Origin: Balanoglossus misakiensis
Taxonomy: Eukaryota; Animalia; Hemichordata
Assembly: GCA_040954595.2 (NCBI GenBank)
Contig: CM082586.2
Coordinates: 1,989,124-2,053,123 of the forward strand
DNA length: 64,000 nt
Direction: 5' to 3'
Below the pieces are notes generated by a model that made no database searches, had not been told where the DNA came from, and saw only the letters and a list, made by a program, of their open reading frames with translations. This document shows positions 53,595 through 64,000 of this stretch, one piece after another (positions within the stretch are counted from its first letter, which is position 1; every line of letters starts with the position of its first letter). The translations under genes were made by a program, and so were the position numbers.

Positions 53595-53896
53595 TGCAAA
53601 CGTGTTCAGATGAGAAGACAGGGCCCCCTTACTACTGGCCAATGAGTGGCTGGAGGATGAGTTTTCACCCTGAACACGAAGTCCCAAAAATGAAATCCTG
53701 GTTCGAAAAGTGCCAGCACCCGACAGAATTTGAACTGCAGGAGTTCTCCGACACCATGAATGGACGCCAGTTCCGGCAAGAGAGCAGGCAGCTGATCACG
53801 ACCAGGCATCTGAGGCTCTGGTGGAAAAACGAGCGCGCCAAGAGGAACCGCGAAGCCAGACGCGAGAAAACCACGGGGGAGAAGACAATCATGTGA
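53595..53896 (+). CDS. Alternative terminal exon (HD4b) of the SATB/Compass-like gene, isoform B ~1142 aa
   Basis: Strong acceptor (ttttttcttttcag|) in phase 1, the same phase as the 53077 donor and the 53170 acceptor. Encodes VQTCSDEK...SFHPEHEVPKMKSWFEKCQHPTEFELQEFSDTMN...[17 protein letters not shown]..., a paralog of HD4a. Ends at TGA 53894-53896. Confidence 0.75.
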
Positions 53897-54237
53897 CTAC
53901 CAGGGGAGGGACACAAATCATGGGATCAGATGTAAAACCACAGGGGGAGATGATTATGGAATTAGCCATGCTCACAATACGTACAATGCAAAATGATTGT
54001 GTCTGACTATTATAAAAACATTTGACAGTAATTCCTGGCATTATTTTCAGTATTTTGTTTACTATAGTAGCAACTCCTATGTATATCTTTATAATTATTG
54101 AGACATGTGACTGCAGTCCCCAATTACTTTTTTTTATTGAGAAACACTGACTTTGATTGTAGGCACACAACTGTTTGTATGAAGTCTCATTGATTTGTAT
54201 TGTTTTGTCTGCTTGCAGAAAAATGAATCCTGCAAAA

Positions 54238-54243
54238 AATAAA
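54238..54243 (+). terminator. Candidate polyadenylation signal for the Compass/SATB-like gene
   Basis: AATAAA ~340 bp after the HD4b stop codon. Confidence 0.4.
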
Positions 54244-54810
54244 GTTAGTATGCTATTGGATCACTATGGAGATATTCACAGATATGTTTATTCAATAGTT
54301 AAGTTTATATTTTTGTTCTTGCTATGGTCGAGACTCGCACACAGCTTTTAAACAGGCACCCACCATGTGCAAGAGTCACGTCTGATCTATTCTTGAGTTT
54401 TGATGGTAACATTCTAAAAGCTGTCTTCTCATACAGTTCAGTGATCAAGAATTTCGTTGAAAACATTTACTTATATTATTGTTTTAGTCAGACTTTTCTA
54501 GTGATTTAAAAAATTGTAATTGATGTAGATTGTAACACATGAGAACTATAGCAGTAAAATGTGACTTTAGGTTTGAAGAAAATCAATAATTTTTACCATG
54601 TTACCCACCAAGTACAGGGAGTGAATCTAATTACTTTCAGGCGAACTCTGTAGTTTTATAATCCTAAATGCAGAAGTTTTAACATGCAATCAAATAAGAA
54701 TTTAAATTTCAATTTGAATGAACTATTTTTGTATATAGTTGTGCTATAATAATGAATATTTGAATGTCTTTTTAATATTTCACACAGCATATGACAATCT
54801 TTTTTACTAT

Positions 54811-54917
54811 TATACTGCCACCCGTGTTCATATCAGGATATGTACATACTAGTATACTGCCACCAGTGTCTGGGTTAGGAGAGGTGAAGATGCTGCCACC
54901 TAGTGTTCAAATCAGGA
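54811..54917. repeat. Three degenerate ~40-bp tandem units with a (T)RCTGCCACC(T)NGTGT core
   Basis: tatactgccacccgtgtt, tatactgccaccagtgtc, atgctgccacctagtgtt. Confidence 0.7.
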
Positions 54918-55704
54918 AAACTAATGTTATTTATAGGTATTGTGTAATGAAGGTGTCAGTTTCAGTGATAATGTCAGCCAATAATTTTTCTTTGGATGTT
55001 CATCTCACTGTTGTTGAAAACTGGCGTGAAGTTGGTCTTGAACACAGATGTGTGATCTTTGACCCTCATTCACGGCCAGGGGTCAAAGTTCAAACGGATG
55101 ACCCTATCGGAGTATAGAAAGAGTACAAACTTTTAGCAAACTCAAAATAAAGAATTTGTAATTGAGATGCCTGAGTCCTGTTGTGTGGCGCAGTGGTAGC
55201 CTTAACTGTTTTCAGATGTGTGAAACTCTAAACTACTTTTCTCCTATCAGAAATTTTTTAGTCAAATAATGACTGATAATGAAGACTTTGATTTGTGTAA
55301 TTAAGGTGTCTGCTACTGCAATCATTCAACAGGCTGGTCATTTTGTAGTACGCTATTATATGAAGCCAAAAAGTACATGTCAAAGCAACTTGGACTGACT
55401 GAAATATTAGACATTTTAATAAATATGCAAATATTTTTAGATAGTAGTGCAATATTTTCAATCGCATCTCAGTGGTAAGTAGGCCCACAATAATCAGTAG
55501 ATGTTACCATGGCAATGGTCAAAGGTCACTAGCACCATTGGCCATATTGATTTCTATTTCTGAAATGTTGACACTGTGTGTTTATAAAACTAGATTGAAG
55601 TTGTTCTTCCTCATTGGAAAAGAGAATACATTTTTAATTATTACATGCAACTTTTTTCAATTCCTACCTTTTTTCTGCATTATTGAGAATAAAAGCAAGT
55701 CTCA

Positions 55705-55710
55705 TTTATT
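55705..55710 (-). terminator. Candidate polyadenylation signal for RDM1
   Basis: AATAAA on the minus strand ~215 bp after the stop codon. Confidence 0.35.
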
Positions 55711-55925
55711 CCCACCTGTTGGTTGTTGTGTGATTTTTTTTATAAATCATTTCTAACAAGATGAGTTGCTGTGTGTGAATGCATATGAATATCCACACGA
55801 TAACAGGCATACACTTGTGTTTTTGGGTCCCATTTAGTACATGTATGCTTATGAGGAAGTTGTCTGTTTGTCTGTATCATGTATGCATTTTTCCCCTCCT
55901 CATTTCACTGCACCTGATCACACTT

Positions 55926-57747
55926 TCAGACATCTTGCTCCAAATCCAACAGCACCTGTTCGGTGATCATGTCCAGCTGACTGGAATCATCCATATCGCC
56001 CTCTCTGTTCTCCTTCGCAGATTCTTCTGTTTCGACTGCCTCCAGATGATTGACCTAGTATTTGATAAAAAGTTATGAGTCAGGTATAATTCTCTGCTGC
56101 CGTGAGGGGGACAAATGATACAAAATACAGAACATTTGACATGAGAAAGAACCAGAACTGGACTTCCGACTAATTCTGTCCCCTGCCAACCTTACCTGAA
56201 TCAATTCACTGTCAACATCATCTTTCATGAACTCCAGTAAATCTGGTTTAGTGTTATCAACTTCCACCATTACCCGGTCATCACCGAGGACGACCAGCAG
56301 CAGCTTACTGAATGCATTCTCAGAGGCTCGCCTGCAAGCTATCTTCTTGGCCTGGCCAAAGGCTGAGCCTTTGGTAGACACATCTGCAAGTACAAATGTA
56401 TTGATGGAATATGATAAGCACACATGAAGCGAAATCATTTGACTTTGTATGTGCATTTTGATTGTCACACTGTGAAATGCATTTGCTTCACCTTGATCCA
56501 GATTAATCAACAGTGAAATATCATTAATGTTTAGCCCAGGTTGACTTGAGTACATGTACTGGACAATCATTAATATTCATGATCATTAATATCCATGTCA
56601 GTTGCAAGTCATACCCATTCATCAATGTAGAAAACTGACAGAATGGACTAGATTGAGTACACAATATTGCTTCCCAGTACCCAACACTGGCAATTTATTC
56701 CATTCATGCTACAAACCTTTGCAGATGTAAGTAGCTTCTCCGATCCCAACTCCCTCAGTTTCAATACCATGTTTGGGTATTTCAACCTTCACAATGCACA
56801 TGTATCTAACTGTGCTGTCGACGGCATCAATGTGTTCCTCTAGGAAATCATCATCTTCCATCATCTGAAATTTAAACCACAAACGGGTGTCTCATTCAAA
56901 GTCATGTGAAAGGGTTAAAATCATCTCTTATGTACACATGTCCTTATTTGGTTAAAAGGGTGTGTCTACAGCTTCAAAAGACCATACAGAACAATAAACT
57001 AGATACACAGAACAGCTAGTGTTCCTTTAAAGCTACTTACAGATTTGATTGTTGTAGAGAAACTGTTGAACCCCAGGTAGTGATCAGCCAATTCCGTGCA
57101 TTTCCACAGGGGTAAATTATGCTGAGTGCTGTCAAAACTTTTCCTGGGGTTGGCCACTTTGACCTGCATGTATGAAACACTACAGTCAATCAATAATTGT
57201 AATTCTGTACAAATGAAATCATGCGAAGGGGTTGATGTTCACAACGGTTCAGTTGTGTACCACAGCATACCATGATACTTACAGAGACTGGTTGACCCTT
57301 GTTGAACAACGACTGCCCATTCAGCTCTTGCCTAGCAACCGCTGCAGCTTTGGTGGAGTAGAACTTGACAAAGGCATAATAGCTCTTGGGTCTGGGGCAG
57401 GCGTCCTGGTGTTCCGAAACAGTGACATTGGTGATGAACTTGCCCAACATGACTTGGACGTCATACAGGAGTCCATATCGCGAGAAAATTTCAGTCAGTT
57501 TGACCTGTATGAAGACAACGACCACATTCTGAATATACTGAATCATTTCCAGGACATTTATAAACCTTTAAGAAAACCTCGAGCTACCAGCTACATTGCA
57601 TGACTCTACAGTACAGTACATGTAGTAACTTCGTATTCTTACCACCAGTTCTTCTTCGTCGAAATTCCCGATAATTCCCGTCAAATAAAGATTACTTTCC
57701 CTGACATATGGTCTTTTAAATTCTATAACCTCTATATCAGACGCCAT
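55926..57747 (-). CDS. RDM1: RAD52 motif-containing protein 1 (RRM + RD motif), 6 exons, ~304 aa
   Basis: Exons 57643-57747, 57283-57504, 57041-57163, 56717-56864, 56196-56383, 55926-56054; GT-AG, phases match, 915 nt. Motifs FSRYGLLYDVQV, YAFVKFYS, KCTELADHYLGFNSFS (RD motif; compare vertebrate KCQELANYYFGFNG), AFSKLLLVVL and ELIQV. Confidence 0.9.
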
Positions 57748-57834
57748 GTAGCCTGTTTTTCTCCAAAGGTTCAACCGCAACCGGAGAAATGACGACGAGA
57801 CGACAACATAGACCAAGCTGACATGTTGGCAGGA

Positions 57835-57880
57835 AGTTTTCAAAACTCGCGCTGAAATGAGCTATTTTCTGATTGGGATT
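57835..57880 (-). promoter_or_regulatory. RDM1 proximal promoter with CCAAT box and CDE/CHR-like element
   Basis: The minus strand reads CCCAATCAG ... TTTCAGCGCGAGT-TTTGAA, about 90-130 bp upstream of the ATG, in a CpG-rich segment. Confidence 0.4.
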
Positions 57881-58478
57881 CGAAGCCGAATTCGACTAAT
57901 TCGGAGTTGCTCTGAGAAAACATGCCGATCCTGCGAGCTGCGCTTGTTATACTACAGTCTGCTTTATCGCCTTAAGCATCGATTTATATACTTCCTTTGC
58001 GACGTTGTTCGCCAGCATCTACCAAAACGAGTGAAATCAGTTGAGAATCTGAACACGAACCCCAAAAAGCTGCCTTGACCCTCGGGTCAAACGAAAGGGT
58101 GTGTGTATGGCGCCCTCAATCGAGGAAAGAAGGAATCTTGTGCGATCGGACCGTATTACAAACAAAGCACTGTAGAAATCTTTGTTGTGACACATGTCAA
58201 CGACTTTAATATTCATGTATAATACCTAATCATTGTAAATTACACACATGACATAGACAGTTCTCGTTCTATGCATTAAAACTTGAATATTGAATGATGC
58301 ACGATGCCAAAAATTACCAGGATGGTCACTCAGCTGGGGCATAAAAGTGATCTAATTGATACAATCTCTTTGCTTGATATGTGGTTGGTTTTTCTTCTAG
58401 GCTAAACATTTTCAATACATGGAATTTTAACTTCACAAGTATAAACGCCAGAATATTTTAACAGATTTGTTCTTCTTA

Positions 58479-61400
58479 TTATTGTGACTGAAAAGACCTA
58501 ACAAGCTCCCTGAAAGACAGGATGCTGAAAACGACACAGATTAGAGTGGCAACTACAATAATTGTAACATTTGCAATCAATGCATATCTTCCAATAGACT
58601 GGCGTTTTAAAATCACATAGAACGCACATGGACATATGAAACTCATCCACGGGCTGACAAGACTCCCAATAAACCCCATGAATTTCGAAAAATGAGGAAC
58701 GATAACAGCTAAGAGTAGACAAAACAAAACTATGACGATGCGAAATATCATCGCCCAGAGAGAAGGGAAATCCTGCTGTGTTTTCCCGTAGCAGGGTGGC
58801 AGGAATCTAAATTTCAGGAGATCTATGTTGTCTATGATGAAGAAGAAAAATAGAGGGTACGTAAACAAGGCCTTGGCAACTAGGAGGAGGCTTATGATGG
58901 TGTGAATGACGTTGCTAGGTAAGTTATAGGTGATAAACTCCTTCGTGTTGTCCCCGAACGCAAGATACGGTGGGATTGAATAAAGCAGAAGGAAAAAGGT
59001 GCAGAAAACATAGCTCCAGTTCACCATCTTGTCGAACTTTGACCTGTCACGCATGCTCTCTTCCACGCCGGCGATGGCAAAACTCGCTTCGAAGTTGAAC
59101 AGAAGCACCCCGCAGCAGATTGTAAAAGATTCGATTGTGATCTTGTGCTCGAGGGTGAAGTCCCAGTCAGTTTTCTCCATCTCGTGAATTGAGTAGGCGA
59201 GGACGCCTGCAAACATGGACGAGACGGACATCACCGCCAACATGCTCGACCATGAAATTCGCGTTAGGGTGCGCAGAAAGATTGTGGGAGTCACAAACAA
59301 AGTTGAGAGAACTGTCCATGCTAGCTGAGAAATGCCAGCTTGGGGAAACGTCTCAACCAGAATAAAACCGGACAGTTCTAGGTAGAGTGTGGCAACGGCT
59401 GTCACGTATATTAACTGGATTGTTATAATCATCTTTCGGCCGTAGGATTTCCAACAGGCCTCGGCAATGTCTGCATAACTGCTCCGAACTCGGACTCGAC
59501 GGTACGTCCCGTCGAGTTCCAAAACATCATCATAGAGACAGTATGCCAATATCTGAAATGAATAAAACAAAGTCTTCGGTATTGGAGCAGTTTTGGGTTT
59601 CGATTTCAAAATAAGCAAAACTTTGATGCCTTTTGTCACTGAAAAATGTGACAAACAGGGAAAATATTAGCCCACCAAGGCAAAATCAGTTTGATAGCTT
59701 AATAGATGTATACACTCTAAAATTCCACCCACCTTGCTGGTGTAGTTGTCGATGATGCAAGCAGTGATGAATATGAAAGTTGAAGCGATGAGTCCACCTT
59801 CCCGTACTGCATACGGTATCGTAATTATTCCCACACCGAACACGCAGTTGCAGATATTCCAGGCTGCCTGTAGAGCCGACGCGTCACCTGCAAGGAATTC
59901 GACAGAGGCCGTTAACCATATTCATTCATCTTCTGGGTCTGTGTGATCATGCAATGGAATTTATAGTCACTTGGCCCTTTGAAAATGCGGAGTTCTGATA
60001 AGAGAATGGGGACATCCCATCGTACGGATTTTTAAGAACAATACTTTTTAATACCAAGTCATGGTGACAGCGGTGGGGACCCCCTTTGAACAATATCGGT
60101 TCTGCTGGCATGCTGCTAGCAAGGTGTTAAGCTTATCCGATATGCTTCCGATCCAATTTAAGTATAGCTAAAAGTAGAGATGTCGGATGAAGAAAATCTG
60201 TCATTGTGAACCCCCAACACGACTTTCGCTAACACAAAGGGGTGTGTAAGGGAGAAAATTTTCTCAGTGCTGGCGTCAGCGGTCGCTGATAATCCGTGCA
60301 GACGGATCTGGTGGGATTGCCAATACCGACAAGGAAGAGAAAAGAAAACGAAATTTAAGCAGCGAAAACTTAACACTGGCACGACTGCTAAGGAGATAAA
60401 AATGTGTATACATGTAGCTGACGGTCCCAAACAGCAAGTGTGAAGCGGCATTTTATTTAAAAATACAAAATCCTCGAACCACTGGCACTGCGCACATTTG
60501 AAAGTCACAAGCGTTTACATAAAAATAATCTGTAATTGACATCGCGTAATACAGTAGCCGTGTGTTCCTAAAATTGGTTGGATTATTTCGTCAAGATGTG
60601 TTAGTGCTATTCAACAACCCCTGTTTTGTGTATCCTTGGCTGAATAACATGTTTTCACACTCTGTAGACATCTTTCGTTTTTATTTGAAGGAAACTAGTG
60701 GGATGTGAACAAATCTAATTTGTTTTAATAACACCTGGCCTATGCAACAATATCAGAAGCCTATCCTTGTACGCTAATGTGAATGAACGAAAACCCGCAC
60801 TCAACGCCTCCGATTGTCTATGCGCTAAGATTGCCCGCAATTAAGATTTTAACAAGACATCTTCAACATGGTTATCACTCTCAACTACAACAAAATGATC
60901 AAAACGGGGGAACACGATGAGAATTAACCCGGAACGGTGATGGGAAGAATACACACGCGGAACAGATACTTTGATGGAAACCGAGCAATGACGCTGCACC
61001 CATCGCCCGCTTTTGTCAGTTTTAATCAAGCGATCGCAAGAATTCGATTTGCACAGAGGCAGTTGCAATCGCGGAGAGTCGTCCTCAATACCGTGAAATT
61101 GATTTCATGGGGAGCTTATTAATACAAAAGAAATGCTCTCCTTTTTTCCAGTAAGGTCACGTGATAGAAACACACTATTAACTTTGCGGGCCTTGGTTAC
61201 GAGTATTAAGGGGGTTGGGAAGACTATTGCCCAATTTGGCGCATCAATAACGCGCGAGTGGTTTGTGGATAATCGAAAATTGAAATCCGCTTCCTGGTTA
61301 CGCGTCCCTGTACGTGTGATAGGGAAATGCTTATGTATGTCTGGTAAAATTTATTTTGTCTACAAGCAAATCAAATTATTCAAGCAATCGTACGTTTAAA

Positions 61401-61663
61401 GTCCGTGCGCGTCAGTCTAGGGAAATCCTTTAACTACATTTAAATCTTTGGAAATTATGGGGAAAAGTAATCTCGCAATCAAATGTGTTTTGAGTATTTT
61501 GGCAAGAAAACTCTCAAAACTTACCTTCCTTAGCAACGGGGCGTTCGTACACATCCACCGTGCCCGGTTTCTCCCTGACATCGCCGTTGCTCATGGACAA
61601 GATGCGTGACTTCTCGTTAAATCTCGACATTTCTACCATCAGTGAATTCTCCGTGTAATTCAT
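58479..61663 (-). CDS. Vesicular inhibitory amino acid transporter-like (SLC32/Aa_trans family), ~455 aa
   Basis: Coding exons 61525-61663 (start codon uncertain), 59733-59887, 58479-59552; phases match, 1368 nt. AAWNICNCVFG..IPYAVREGG, YTSKILAYCLY...RVRVRSSYADIAEAC, KEFITYNLP, LLVAKALFTYPL and LAVIVPHF match the VGAT/unc-47-like pattern, with many hydrophobic helices. An upstream acceptor at 61719-61720 suggests a further 5' UTR exon. Confidence 0.88.
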
Positions 61664-63945
61664 CTTTATCTGCTGAAGTCTCAGGGTGGTATGCAACGCT
61701 GCTTCTTCTGTCAGTCACCTGAAATAGCCAAATCGGGAGGTTCAAGTACAAGATCTGCCTTCTGTACTATGTCTATATTCAGTAGTTCACGCGAGAAAAA
61801 TGCAGACTGGAATGATATTGCTGTTAGGGAAACACACGTATATTGCATAACTTCGATCACGCAGCCACAGTGACTCAGGCTGGGTTGAGGTGTCAGTCAA
61901 ATAATGATTGACATCTTACACAAATCACCGTAGCGCTAGTTTGGGTGTTCAGAAACTTGCCAACTCCCATTAATGTTTATTCGATAGCACAATTTACTGA
62001 GAGAAAGGGGCCCATCTCAGTCCTGTATGACGTCAGAGTAAATCTTGAAGACTGTGGTCACAATTGCTGTTTTCTCAAAGATTACTTCACGACAAGATGG
62101 CGTTGATTAGCCTCGTTTTGAAAAGTCCGCATATTGTGTAGAGATTGTCCCTCGACTGTTTGAACAAAACTTTCCCCGTGCTAAGACGCTGTGATTCCGT
62201 GAGAGTTATGGCAGTAACGAGATTAAATACGGTAGAAAATTGTAATTGAAGCTTCTGAAAGGTAGGCGAGTTGCCTTTTTCGCCGTTTGAACCCCCCACT
62301 TGTTTGCTGACGAGGTGGCGGTAATGAGCCTATACGAGACAGGTGTGAAAGTAATTGAACTATAGGTCATGTGTGCTACTGTCACAGGCTGCGCGGGAAA
62401 TCATCAAATTATATCGAAATTATCGTCATCATTATTTCCTGTAACCACCTACCGGAAGGCAGAGTTTATTTAATGACCGAATCATGAATCGCGTCGCGCG
62501 AACGTAAATTCAGTTTCCAGGCAACGTCTGGCGTGTTTTGATCCGTGAAAATCCAATACTCATAACGATTGAATTATTTTAAATACCCAGACTACGAGGA
62601 TTTTATATTCCAATAAAACAAAACTGATTATGAATGCAGATCATGTATTTATTATTTGATGCCACGGAATTTAAAATCGTTATTAATTCCCCCTAAAATA
62701 TAGTCGTTATAGAATTCGTATGAATCAACGGCCCCCGACAAGGAAAGTGCAGAAATGCAGAAATAGGGAGAAAAGGGCACATAGAGAGATAGACAGAGAG
62801 ACGGCGTGTGATTGGAGGACAAATGTTTAGTTGTTAGATCTCATTGCATGAGACGTGTTGTCGATAACGGGCTTTGTCGCAGAATAGAATCTGTTCTCGA
62901 CTATCCTGCACGCAGATGTGAACGTCAAACAAGATTATGATTCATTTCGGATGAGATTGAAACTGCGCCAGTCAAGAAAAGGGACAGCTCGGTCACGCTT
63001 CCCGTAATTAATAATTAAGAAAATGACTTTAATGTTGAAGAACTGTGATCTGTTGTTCTGATTTCACGACTGGAAGTCAAGATAGATGGAACGTTCCGAC
63101 GACCTGATTTGCTTCAATGTACGGAAGTAATTTGCATGGCTACAGAAACTAGCAGGTGCAAACTACTGCGTTCATTGAAACGGGAATTGTAGTTTGTCAG
63201 ATTTTCTGTTGTGCGCAGTTTCTGATTTGATGAGTAGTTAGTCTCTGTGGGACCAAATACCAATTACTGATAGTTGAAAATACTTTAAATAATTCGCTGT
63301 TAGCTTGGAGAGTCACGGTAAAATCTTCAATGACATGTTTAACTTCTACTTTCAGATCGAGAGCACTGTTATGATTTCTGGAGTCGGTCTGAGAAATTAT
63401 CACTCAGCAAGTTGGCGCCGTACAACGAGATGGCTGCGTAATTAGGAGATTCAACGTAAACGGGTATGGGACGCAAACTAGAGGTGTCGTTATCCACGAT
63501 GTTTAACTTACGATAAAAGCAACTTACAGTGCTAGTGGCGATCAAAGTGGACATACATTAACTATGACAGGTATCCGGCAAAACACTTTCGATATATCAT
63601 TTGCGGGCGGGAAATTTCTGACGCCTTTCAAATCAATCGAGTTATTGGCGACATGAATCTATCACCGCAAGACGTTAATTAATTGCCATGTACCGTCTTC
63701 CGAAGTATCACAATATCTCATTGAAGCGGTCTTCTTTTCTCTTTTTGTTCACTTTTGGCGTATCCTTTGAAATGAGAAATACCGGTCTCTCTCCTGTAAT
63801 CCGATTCAAAGCACCGAACGGACAAGAACATATAATTATTTCATGCTCTTGGAAATACCATTTGTCATGATTCATTTGAATACTGATAAGTGTGGGCGAA
63901 TTCTCCCGAGATCTTGACTACCTCAATGATATGTGTATTGAGATT

Positions 63946-64000
63946 GAGAGGGTGAGAGAGAGGGGGAGGGAGAGAGGGGAGAAGGGAGGGGGAAGGAGGG
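63946..64000. repeat. GA/G-rich polypurine tract running off the window end
   Basis: gagagggtgagagagagggggagggagagaggggagaagggagggggaaggaggg. Confidence 0.85.

Noticed and set aside
55185-55200. tRNA/SINE A-box-like GTGGCGCAGTGGTAGC
   Set aside because: No downstream B-box or cloverleaf.
8298-55530. Scattered GGTCAAAGGTCA-like DR1 nuclear-receptor motifs (8298, 43705, 45222, 55081, 55517)
   Set aside because: Short, dispersed and not clustered, so function cannot be inferred from sequence alone.
58479-59654. ORF start at 59654 as the transporter N-terminus
   Set aside because: The first ~34 codons are intronic; the acceptor is at 59553 and TM1-2 come from exon 59733-59887.

Overview
This is AT-rich, intron-containing animal genomic DNA. 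It looks like an invertebrate deuterostome (hemichordate/echinoderm/amphioxus-like), but that is inferred from gene content and cannot be proven here. The window starts at an EcoRI site. I found no credible coding exons in the first ~37 kb, only microsatellites, a fold-back element, small tandem duplications and a CpG-rich to CpG-poor transition. The right 27 kb holds four spliced genes, reconstructed exon by exon with consistent GT-AG phases: TM9SF1 (-, 14 exons, ~585 aa); a head-to-head SATB/Compass (dve-like) homeobox gene (+, ~1134/1142 aa); RDM1 (-, 6 exons, ~304 aa); and a divergent VIAAT/SLC32-like amino-acid transporter (-, 3 coding exons, ~455 aa). The Compass/SATB-like gene is the most unusual. 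It has one ULD/CMP domain, two CUTL domains split by introns at the same position, no canonical CUT domain, three internal atypical homeodomains, and two tandem-duplicated terminal exons of the same phase, each carrying its own fourth homeodomain and stop codon. That arrangement predicts a splice switch of a DNA-binding module.
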